DNA of 32,658 bases from Octopus sinensis (Eukaryota): assembly GCF_006345805.1 (NCBI RefSeq), contig NW_021832225.1:1-32658 (forward strand). Reading direction: 5' to 3'. This document shows positions 1-10,140 of the stretch, piece by piece. The position numbers and the translations under genes are program-made. A model generated the notes under the pieces. It did not search any database. It had not been told where the DNA came from and was given only the letters and a program-made list of their open reading frames with translations. How positions within the stretch are numbered: position 1 is the stretch's first letter; every line of letters starts with the position of its first letter.

Positions 1-286
1 TGAAAGAAGCCTGTCGTATATGTGTATATGAATATATATCTATGTGTGTGTATATGTGTATATGTTTGTGTCTTTTTTTATCCCCCCCCCTCCAACATCG
101 CTTGACAACCGATGCTGGTGTGTTTACGACCCTGTAACTTAGCGGTTCGGCAAAAGAGACCGATAGAATAAATACTAGGCTTATAAAGAATAAGTACTGG
201 GGTCGACTTGCTCGACTAAACGCAGTGCTCCAGCATGGCAACAGTCAAATGACTGAAACAAATAAAAGAGTAAAAAGAGTAAAGAG
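1..286 (+). mobile_element. SINE 3' portion (abundant cephalopod-type family)
   Basis: Starts TGAAAGAAGCC, the motif that ends the tRNA-headed SINE half at 30318-30478. Ends with the tail ...CCAGCATGGCAACAGTCAAATGACTGAAACAAATAAAAGAG and short AAAGAGT repeats. The same tail recurs at 11660-11850, 24590-24900 (-) and 30630-30830 (-). Confidence 0.7.
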
Positions 287-722
287 TATATATGAATCTT
301 TAGTCAAAATATTCAATGAGAATATTACATACTGATATATATTGAGTGCTCTATTGTATCAAAGTGTTAATATTATTAAGGTTTTATATATTTAATGCGA
401 GCGATTATATATATTTTTAAATAATATGTTATTATTAATATTTAAGAATCAATATCAGAAAACTTCACAGAAAGATATACCACGTGTGAAAAAAAATGGT
501 TGTATTAAAAATATATAAATAAATAAATATAAATATTTATAAAAATATATGTATATATGTATACGTATAAATATATAATGTATATGACAGTTTATAAGTT
601 TTGAATTAAATATTTAAACCTTTTTTACGATCGTTTCACAGAAGTGCTGTCCCTATAATGAAATCCTATATTGAATACGTGTACGTGCACATAGATGCAA
701 AAAAATGTTTCTACATGTATAT

Positions 723-761
<39 letters not shown>

Positions 762-859
762 TACTTATGTAAGTACATATGAATATAAACTTATATATAT
801 ATATATATATATGTTACGTATGTATGCAAATGTGGGCTGATTTGCATATATATATATAT

Positions 860-1543
860 AAATAGATGAGTGTATTTTTACCTTGTTAACGATTAACACG
901 GAAAAAATAAATAAATAGTTACCAGGGTAGCAAAAATCTCTCAAGTAAAGAGGTTGTAACTCCTTGTTTATAAAGGTAGAAACTTCGTGTTTACGTTGAA
1001 TATTTTGAATAATATATGAATAAATAAATGGAGTTTAACGCAGGTGTAATCAAATATTTTTACTTTCGACACATGTTTCGACAATTCCACTGTTACTATT
1101 CAAAAGAATAAATGAAACAATGCTATCTTCTCTTCAGGAAGGTGAAAAAAGCGAAACTTGTCAATAAGACATTTTAGCAAAAAATGATGGATTTGTATAG
1201 CGATAGACAGAATGCGATTAATATTGCTTAAAAAAACGTTATATGATATAACGTCATAAGTAGCTAATAGAAAGAGTAGGGATACCCATAGTGAATGTTA
1301 AATATAAAGGAAATTAAAGTTTGAATTATATATAATTATAGAGACTACTTATATGCACTAAATGTATGTTTCTGCCAATGCTTACATCTGTATGCTCGCT
1401 CTATAACCGTGCTTACTAGAGTAGTTTTAGAAAAAATAATGAAAAATAGCTCAGAATTGCAGAGAAGACAGAATTTCTTACCTTTGTCATATGGTAGCGA
1501 AATTGTGAGAATCAACCATTCTAACTGAAATTGTTCATATATA
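860..1543 (-). mobile_element. Penelope-like element 3' remnant: GIY-YIG endonuclease C-terminus plus 3' UTR/pLTR
   Basis: ORF 1345..1548(-) reads WLILTISLPYDKGKKFCLLCNSELFFII...RCKH, matching the W-x-I...PY...C-x-LC-x2-E...C-x-H C-terminal pattern of PLE GIY-YIG domains. A hammerhead fold lies downstream on the same strand. Confidence 0.7.
1065..1140 (-). ncRNA. Type I hammerhead ribozyme (PLE-type, minimal stem III)
   Basis: Minus strand: UUC CUGAAGA GAAGAU-AG-CAUUGUU-UCAUU-UAUUC-UUUU-GAAUA-GU-AACAGUG-GA-AUUGUC GAAAC AUGU GUC GAA. Both core motifs are intact, stem I is UUC/GAA, stem II is long and extended, and stem III carries the palindrome ACAUGU. Predicted cleavage is after C at 1068. 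Confidence 0.75.
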
Positions 1544-1545
1544 TA

Positions 1546-1919
1546 CACTTGCGTCAGAAATTAATTAGCACTTCTCAAATTTCTACATTAAATATGTTAA
1601 ATTAATTAACCTATGAGCTGTTCAAAACGTCTTACGCGATGAGAAAACTTAGTATGGTGATTTCGGTCCTTGCGAGGCGCTACCTATATCTATTAACAAA
1701 GGAGATTTGTCTGCATCAGCACTCCAAGTTGTTGTTTGCACTGCTATGTCACATCATAGGTTGTAGACTCTCAACTGCTCTGCAAACAAAGTTACGTCAT
1801 CGTTCTGCGCAACAGTGAACTCGCAACAAAGCAATAGTTCGAGATATGGCCACTAGGTGACAGCACATACCTTGAGTGAAGAGCAAATCAAGGGTGCTAA
1901 TTAATTTCTGAAAGTAGTG
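1546..1919. mobile_element. Tc1/mariner-type non-autonomous element (MITE), 374 bp
   Basis: 26-bp TIRs: CACTTGCGTCAGAAATTAATTAGCAC (1546-1571) versus the reverse complement of 1894-1919, CACTACTTTCAGAAATTAATTAGCAC. TA on both sides (1544-45, 1920-21). No ORF. Confidence 0.85.
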
Positions 1920-1921
1920 TA

Positions 1922-2045
<124 letters not shown>

Positions 2046-3007
2046 GTAGATGGAACTGTGTATGTGTACAAACATGCATTTATATATGTGTTTATACATG
2101 TAGATGCAGATGTATTAATGTGAGTCTGTATGTTCGTATATATATATATTTATTTATAGTATTTTTAAGTGTATATGTGATTATGAATGTATATTTTTAT
2201 CTACGTATGTGGTTTTTGTGCATCTATGACGTGTGTCTTCATTTATAAATACAGCAATTATTTTCTATATCAATCCATAGGCTGGACCAAATCCTTCGCA
2301 TTTCGTTTGATTTTAAAATCTTTCAACGAATATAAAAAACCTGCTGAGAACATATCAAGAGCCGTGAGTAGATATCTGTCCTCTCTTTCTCCGAACACAC
2401 ACACACACGCGCGCGCGCTGAACACGCGCACACATGCATACACTCACACACACACACACACACACACATGCATATTTTATACAAGAAATGCAAAACGTCA
2501 ATTTAAATAGTGAGTGACCTCAATACGTTTCGTAGATAGTGATATCGATTTTGTTAAATGATAACAGGTATTTTAAAGTTTAGCCTGATCAGCTTTAACA
2601 CATAAATACATAGATATGTAAAATTATTTCCTTATCTGTATCTTTTTATACTACTCAAGGCTTTTAAATCAAACTTTGTTTCCTGAATTTAATGTATGCA
2701 TATATATATATGAACATATATACACATCTGGCTTTTGCAGATGGAGCATGAGTTTTTAACCGTGACTGGAAAATTCCGAGTTGAATATCCTGGGTAAGCA
2801 AAAGCTTCTAACACATTTATTCAAATTTATTTGGTTTTGTTCCAAACATTCGATTTTATCGCATGTATTAGACGTCACCATAATCAACAGCGTTGTACTT
2901 GTAACCCACAATATACTAATTCGTACCTTCGACGAAATGCTTAAGTGTTTTATCAATGTTTTATTATACAAAGGACAAACAAACCCATATAAAGATAAAG
3001 AGAGAAC

Positions 3008-3073
<66 letters not shown>

Positions 3074-3125
3074 TATTATATATATATATATATATATTAT
3101 CTAATAATAATAACATTACTTGAAA

Positions 3126-6100
3126 AGGTAGTGGGTAGCGAACTTCTTTACTACTTCAGGGAGTGACGACCTTGCCTGACACGAGTTCCGGGCTCAGCTG
3201 GCTCCGGCTGACAGTACCCGGTATGGGCCCTATCCAGGGTTACGGAACGGAAACAACCTTCAAAGAAATCCGGAGTGGAGCCCCGAAGGCGGTCTAGTGT
3301 TCGACTCGACACTCTTCCGGCAGCTCCTGCAACCAAGCTGGTGCCAAACGTAATGCACTGCACTCCTTTGGACTACATCAGCAAGGTCGAGAGAGGAAAC
3401 CTGACGATTGGGCTACCCAGGACTTTCTTATCTATAGCCCAGGCTTGCGCAAAACTGGAGAGGACACTTCAGTGCTGCTGTAAAAAGCTGCAGAAACAAC
3501 ACGGGAGGTAACAGTCACGAGTGATAAGTCTATTCAGATTGGCGTAAAATATGGGCGCTACGGGTTACCTCTGACGGTGGGAGGGACCTCCGTGTCCTAT
3601 TGGTTAGCTACTGCCCACCTCAAGCTGGGCAGCCCCCAGTTAATAAGGTGCTGACCGCCACAGGTCGCCTGCTTCATTGGTGCTTGCAAGCTAAAAGTAT
3701 GACTTGAAAAGCGGCCTGCAACCTCTGCACCAGGCAAACAACTAAAAGTCAAGAAAACACCAGTTGTGCGGTTGGCAAGTTGGAATGTCAGGACCATGTG
3801 CCCTGGAATATCTGATGATCTACTCAGGGTTGAAGACACAAGGAAAACGGCCATCATTGACCGTGAACTAAAGAGGCTCAACATAGATATTGCAGGGCTG
3901 CAGGAGACAAGTCTCCCCTCGAACGGCAAACTCAAAGAGCAGGATTTCACCTCCTTTTGTCAGGAAGCGATCCAGAAGAACCTCGTCAGCATGGCATTGG
4001 CTTTTAGCGAGAAACTAATTACTCTCCTCAATAGAACCACCATCAGGAGGCACTGAGCGTATCCCCTCACTGCGCCTCTCGACTTCTTCTGCTCAGTACA
4101 TCTATCAGCATCTCTACTCCCACTCTCTACAGCTCAGAGGAGACCAAGTACCAGTTCTACAAAGATCTCAACTGTGTCATAGAAAATATACCAACGACTT
4201 AAAATATCTACCTCTAGGGGATTTTAACGCTCGCGTGGGATCTGACCATGATTCGTGGCCCATTTGTGTGGACACTTTGGTATTGGCAACATGAATGACA
4301 ATAGTCAGAGACTACTCGTATTCTGCACATACCACAACCTGTGCATCACAAACACATTCTTTACCAACAAGCCTTCCCACAAGGCATCTTGGAGACATCC
4401 AAGATCTCACCACTGGCATCAGCTGGATCTCATCATTACACGGAGATCCTTTCTGAATTCTACTCTATTGACCCGCAGTTACCACAGCGCGGATTGTGAC
4501 ACAGACCACTCACTAATTAGAAGTAGGGTGGGGATTCTGCCTAAAAAAGTCCATCGCTTCAAGAAAGTCGGCCGACCACGCATTAACACTGCCAGAACCT
4601 CGGAACCTACACTGCGAAAATGTTTTGCTGCTTCTATCAAGGTTGCCCTCAGTAGCTGCCCAACCTCCTCTGCTGAATGTAGGTGGAACTATATCAGGGA
4701 AGCTTTGTATACGACATCAATAGATACTTTCGGCATGAGAGAAAGGCAAAACCCAGATTGGTTCAATGCTGGGCTCTCAGAGCTGGAGCCAGTTATCGAA
4801 GCAAAGCGTGCAGCTCTGATGGAATACAAGAGTGATTCTTCTACAAAGTCACTCGAAGAACTCTGAAAGGCACGAAATAAAACCAAACTGACAGCCAGAC
4901 GCTGTGCAAATAGGTATTGGCAGGAAATCTGTCAGAATATCCAGTCAGCTGCTGACAGTGGCGACACCTGTGGGATGTATACCGGTTTGAAGAAGGCCCT
5001 CGGTCCATCCGCAACCAAGTCAGCCCCTCTGGAGATCTCATCAGGGATCAAGGCAAGCAAATGGATAGATGGGTGGAGCACTACCAGGATCTCTACTCAC
5101 GGGAGACTACAGTGGCTGAGGCTGCAGTCGAGAGTGTCAAGATCTTGCCAGTCATGTGCGAACTTGACAGTCCGCCATCTATAGCAGAGCTCACCAAGGC
5201 TGTTGACTCCCTAGCAAGAATAAGGCTCCGCGAAAAGACGGCATCCCCTCAGATATCATCAAAGCCGGCGAAAACACCATCCTGCTTCGGCATCTTCATG
5301 AGCTTCTGTGTCAGTGCTGGGAAGAGGGTACAGTCCCTCAGGATATGCGGATGCTAACATCATTACGCTTTACAAAACAAAGGTGACCGTGGTGATTGTA
5401 ACAATTACCGTGGTATATCTCTTCTAAGCACTGTTAGAAAGACCTTTGCCCGCGTATCCTGGCAAGGCTACGACTACTTGCTCCTCGTATCTATCCGGAA
5501 TCGCAGTGTGGCTTTAGAAGAAGCAGATCAACTATCGATATGATATTCTCCGTACGCCAACTTCAGGAGAAGATAAAAGAGAGCAGAAAATGCCATTATA
5601 TATGGCCTTCATTGATCTAACAAAGGCTTTTGACTCGGTAAGCAGAACAGGCCTCTTCATCCTGCTCCAAAAACTCGGATGTCCACCGAGGCTGCTGAGG
5701 ATCATCAAGTCTTTCCATGATGACATGCAAGGCACCATACAGCACAACGGTTCAACATCAGCCGCCTTCCAAATAAAAAACGGGGTAAAGCAAGGTTATG
5801 TCCTCGCTCCTACATTGTTTGGCATCTTCTTCTCGCTCTTACTATCACAAACCTTTCAGACATCAGATGATGGAGTGTTTCTGAACAGTAGAAGTGACGG
5901 GAAACTGTTCAATCTCTCGCGCCTGTGTGCCAAGACCAAAATCAGAAACGTCCTGATCAAGGAGATGCTATTTGCTGATGATGCCGCTCTGGTATCACAC
6001 ACAGAAGAAGCCCTCCAAAGGCTCATTGACTGTTTTGAGCAAGCATGTAACGACTTTGGCTTAGCTATCAGCCTTAAGAAGACCAACATCATGGGTCAGG

Positions 6101-6976
6101 CTACATCGGGCATCCCAAACATACATATTGGAGACCACAGATTACAAGAGGTGGAGAGGTTTACCTATCTGGGCTCTACCGTCACCTACAACCTATCCTT
6201 TGACGCTGAGCTCAATATATGCATTGGAAAGGCAGCTGCTGCGATGGCCCAACTCTCCAAACGGGCTTGGGACAACAATAAGCTGATGAAGACCACGAAA
6301 ATGAAGATCTACCAGGCATGTGTACTCAGCACTCTACTGTATGGAAGTGAGACTTGGACGCTATACACACACCAAGAGCCTCACCTAAAGATCTTTCACC
6401 TGCGCTGCCTCCGAAAAATCCTCCGCATCAAATGGCAGATCATATCATAAAGATGTCCTCAGCCCAAGGCAAGAGGAATACCAAGCATGTTTGCACTCCT
6501 CACACAAAGACGTATGGAGGTTGGGCATGTAGCCGTATGAAAGATGGCAGAATCCCCAAGGACATACTCTACGGAGAGCTTGCTAGGGGTACTAGGTCTG
6601 TGTAGACCGATCTTACGTTACAAGGATGTTTGCAAAAGGGACATGAAGGCCTGCAACATAAATATTAGCGGTTGGGAGGCAGTTACCGGCAACCGTGGAG
6701 AATGGCGACGTACAGTAAAAGAGGGAATACAAAGGAGTGACAGAGAGAGAGAGGAGAACTAGAAAGAAAAGAAGAGACGTCAACAAGAAACTATGACATT
6801 ACAACCAGCCAGAAACAGCCTTCGCTACATTTGCGGTACCTGCCAGAGGGAGTGTTTGTCCAGGATAGGACTACACAGCCACAGCAGGAAATGTATCAGG
6901 ATATGAAATATAAAAGCCGGACTGGACTATTTTATGCGCAACTCCATTGTCTCCCGAGACAAAAAGGATGCCAACC
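3126..6976 (+). mobile_element. RTE-clade LINE, near full length, ORF (APE endonuclease + reverse transcriptase) broken by frameshifts and stops
   Basis: Endonuclease motifs LASWNVRT, IAGLQET, GDFNA (DNA at ~4217) and CDTDHSLI in ORF pieces 3766..4056 and 4255..4866. RT motifs AFIDLTKAFDSV, GVKQG-x2-LAPTLF, LFADD and FTYLGS in 5590..6450. About 640 bp of GC-richer 5' UTR. The 3' end ...TCCCGAGACAAAAAGGATGCCA is followed by a microsatellite. Confidence 0.95.
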
Positions 6977-7029
6977 AATATATATATATATTATATATAT
7001 ATACACACATACACACACAGAAGGATAAG

Positions 7030-7300
7030 ATCAATATTTAAATATCGATTTTATCAGGTGGCCAGCAGGGAATAAAAAACATCAAAGGTAACAATATTTA
7101 AAATTATAATATAGGGTAATAGCAGTCAAATCTTGACTGTAAAACCACATTAAATTTCATATAGCACCAGGAGAGAAGACGAAGAGACAAAATAGAATAG
7201 CAAAAATTACTGGATAATTCCAGATCCCGGATTTCTGACTCTGCATAAGAAATGCTCTGCCTTCATCAGTGGAATATACTCAGAAAAGCAAATAAATACA
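7030..7300 (-). mobile_element. Probable PLE pseudo-LTR fragment (non-coding) carrying a hammerhead
   Basis: Inferred only from the embedded type I hammerhead fold and the lack of coding capacity. Boundaries are set by flanking microsatellites. Confidence 0.4.
7217..7275 (-). ncRNA. Type I hammerhead ribozyme
   Basis: Minus strand: AUUCCA CUGAUGA A-GGC-AGA-GCAU-UUCUU-AUGC-AGA-GUC-A GAAA UCCGGGA UC UGGAAU. 6-bp perfect stem I, intact cores, two-part stem II, and stem III AUC/GAU with an AUC triplet. Predicted cleavage is after 7223. Confidence 0.75.
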
Positions 7301-7347
7301 AATATATACATATACGACATACGATATACTTACATATACGAACGTAT

Positions 7348-7397
<50 letters not shown>

Positions 7398-7811
7398 ATA
7401 TATGAGCGTGTATATATAAATCAAGGCGGCTATCAGCATTTTAAGACCAACAGGGAAACAATTCACAGTCACTAAAGGTGACAAGAGTGCAGTGAGCACC
7501 AGCATTATTAGAAATATTAGTCATAGACTATTTCTTTTTTGGATTTTTCTTTTGCAAGATTCTTTATGTGAGTTCGTGTGTTGAAGCATATTCTTTCGGG
7601 GAGAACCATTTTCTTTTTGTGCCTTGTAATTTAATACACTCACCGGTAACATTTCAACGTATTTCTTATTTTTATTTTCCTAAAACTTTTCGTTGAGTCT
7701 TGCAAACTTTTACCAGTGATTGTGTTAAATTATAGTCATAGACACCTTAGCCATAAAAACATATGGTACATTGACAGGGGGGGACAACATTCCCTACGGT
7801 AAGCCAGATGG

Positions 7812-7861
7812 ATTAGATTAGCATGGTAATTTCTTATAAGAAGTTAATACTCATCAGCAAT
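7812..7861 (-). ncRNA. Type I hammerhead ribozyme, partly degenerate
   Basis: Minus strand: AUUG CUGAUGA GUAU-UAACUUCUU-AUAA GAAA UUACCAUGCUAA UC UAAU. Cores are intact, stem I is 4 bp, and stem III is a near palindrome (AUUA[C]CAUGCUAAU). The stem II closing pair is a G/A mismatch. Confidence 0.55.
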
Positions 7862-8278
7862 GCTCACTCCATTACGGCTGGTGGAAGTTAACTCACGCCT
7901 GTCAATATCTTTGAGAATGACATAAAAATGAGTGATTGATTTCCCAAAATGGCAATGTGAAGATTATAAAATATTGAAGGTAGCTAACACACATTTTAAA
8001 ACCAACTAGGTAATTATATATATATAAAATGTATATAAAAACTTATACACGGAGGGAAGACCACCATGTGGATTTCTTACATGCTAAAGAGGGCAAGCCA
8101 CGGTACTGGACGAATATGTTCTTAACACCAACTTTTAGTCACCCGCTTGTAGTTTTAGCCTTCTTCACTAATTCTGTTCTCAACCATACTGAATGCGGTT
8201 ATTTTACCTATGATGATCCAATCCTAAGCTATATTTGAATATAGAAATAATTGAAACAAAACAATTAATCTCTTTAAG

Positions 8279-8361
8279 TGTTCAAAGTCAACTGCGGCGC
8301 AATATCTCCCAAGTTTTGAACCAATTCCAGGCATTGCTCAACATGAATTTGCTTGATGAAA
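8279..8361 (+). CDS. Candidate isolated host coding exon (83 bp), product unknown
   Basis: Acceptor TTAATCTCTTTAAG| and donor AAA|GTAAGT. One frame is open, VQSQLRRNISQVLNQFQALLNMNLLDE; the other two contain stops. No partner exon identified. Confidence 0.3.
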
Positions 8362-9273
8362 GTAAGTATCGTGTTTCTTCATTTTTCTAACACCATTACC
8401 GTCATAATTAGCTTCATCAATCACCATTACCATCCTCTTCGTCGTTGTCGTCATCATCAACCACAACGGATGATACCTTAGGACACCCACGCGTGCACGC
8501 AAGCGCACAGACTCTCCCCCTCTCTCTCTTACATACAACTATCTATTTACATTTTCTCAAAGCTTGGATAATTTCAATAAATCAGCATTTTATTTTGCGC
8601 TTTTCCGTTTCTTGTCCCTACGGAACGGTTTGTCTTTGCTCAGTTTCTTTTTAATTATAGCAATTAACCGAGGGCAAAAATGTTTTCTTCTAATTTTGTA
8701 TAGAAGTAGAAGATGCAGACTCTACTGGGCAGAATAATTCACACAATTCCAGTACTTTCTTTAATTTACTCAGGAAAATTATTCAATGCTGCAAATAATT
8801 TTCCTCAGCCAAAATTCATTTTGTTCGAAGTGATCATATTAATTTTTGAATTAGGATCGATAGATACACACACAGCTCATACGCTTTAACTCATCTCTAA
8901 GAGATATAAAAGAGGAATAAATCACATCCCATTGCCGAACAATGATATAATTTTTTTCACTTCGTTTCCATTCATTTCATTTTACCACTGCCAAATCAAT
9001 ATAATGTCTATCTATTTCCGGCATAAAAGAGGTTTATGCGCATCCGGTCAGTATGTCTAAGTAGTGGTCAATATTGAGGAAATGCAACAATAGAGGCCGC
9101 GAAACAGACAATAGCATTTTTACTAGTCAAATCCCGTAACAAATTATATATTGCTCGGGAAAATGTAAAAATATATATACATATACACATACATATTTCG
9201 GGATGGTCATTTTATTTATTATTTAAAAAAATATAAATCAATAAATATATGCGTGCATATATATATTGTGTGC

Positions 9274-9450
9274 CCAGGTAGAGTACACGGGGATCTCTAC
9301 GTACAACAGTGTTCGGGCAAACAGATCACATTGGCATAATTTGAAGAATGCTGTCAAAGTAGTTTCTCATGGATTCAGATCTACGTTTCGAGCATTGTCT
9401 TCTGTGAAATATACACGCTGGCCATTTTCAAGATGTACAGATAGATTTTA
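9274..9450 (-). mobile_element. Helitron RepHel coding fragment (pseudogenised)
   Basis: Hand translation: LSVHLENGQRVYFTEDNARNVDLNP*ETTLTAFFKLCQCDLFARTLLYVEIPVYSTW. This matches the conserved VHL-x2-GQ-x-V-x-F...TTLTAFF-x-L...D-x-FAR-x-LLY-x2-P...W segment between the Rep and helicase domains. Confidence 0.8.
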
Positions 9451-9915
9451 GGAAAGTGTTCCTACATGTAAACAGGATGTGACCTTTGTGTTGACAGTGT
9501 ATTTGTCTCAAAGCAGAACAGTTCTTCCATCAGCGCTTGCCAATTGGCTGAAGTAACATGAAAGGCATCGTCATTCATGGTATATTCGTGAATAAGTCAC
9601 AAACTGAAATACGTTGATCTATTGTTTAGGGAAATATTATTTACTTGTTTAAGGGTTGTACTGGATACATAGCGAAAACAGCTCTAACAGTTCAAATAGT
9701 AAGAAATAAACATATATATATATATATATACAAATTAATACTATCCGGTAATTAATGTGCTTAAACTTTTATATTTTATGTTTTTTCATTATGTTTCGAT
9801 GTTCAAGTACTGGTAATGGAACAGAGGATAGAACAGCAGAAACAAACTTTTGAGTGAAAATCGAAAAAGAGCCTCTAAGAATCGTCTTTGATGATATTTT
9901 ATGCTATAAAACGAT

Positions 9916-10140
9916 ATTTTCTGCATATATAATACAAAATAAAATTTTCTGCATATATAATATAAAATTATATTTTCTTCATATATAATATAAAATTATA
10001 TTTTCTGCATATATAATTTGAAATGATCATTTCTCAATATAAAATATGAAATAATATTTTCTTCATATATAATATAAAATTATATTTTCTCCATATATAA
10101 TATGAAATAATATTTTCTCCATATATAATATAAAATATTT
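9916..10140. repeat. 28-bp AT-rich minisatellite, ~8 copies
   Basis: Unit ATTTTCTGCATATATAATATAAAATTAT repeated with small variations. Confidence 0.9.

Noticed and set aside
658-840. 60-aa ORF and similar Y/I/M-rich ORFs (2187..2510, 22170..22679, 31498..31854)
   Set aside because: Translations of TA/CA microsatellites.
2528-2592. Possible minus-strand hammerhead (CUGAUCA ... GAAACGUAUU)
   Set aside because: G8 is mutated, and neither stem I nor stem II pairs.
2756-3104. ORFs 2756..2971(-) and 2781..3104(+)
   Set aside because: No recognisable motif. Probably part of an unclassified repeat; the second runs into (TA)n.
3597-6092. Antisense ORFs within the RTE (and likewise within the R4 and CR1 elements)
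   Set aside because: Shadow frames of LINE coding sequence.
7677-7720. Hammerhead-like CUGGUAA...GUUUG/CAAC GAAA AGUUU UA on the minus strand
   Set aside because: Two core mismatches and no stem I; at most a relic.
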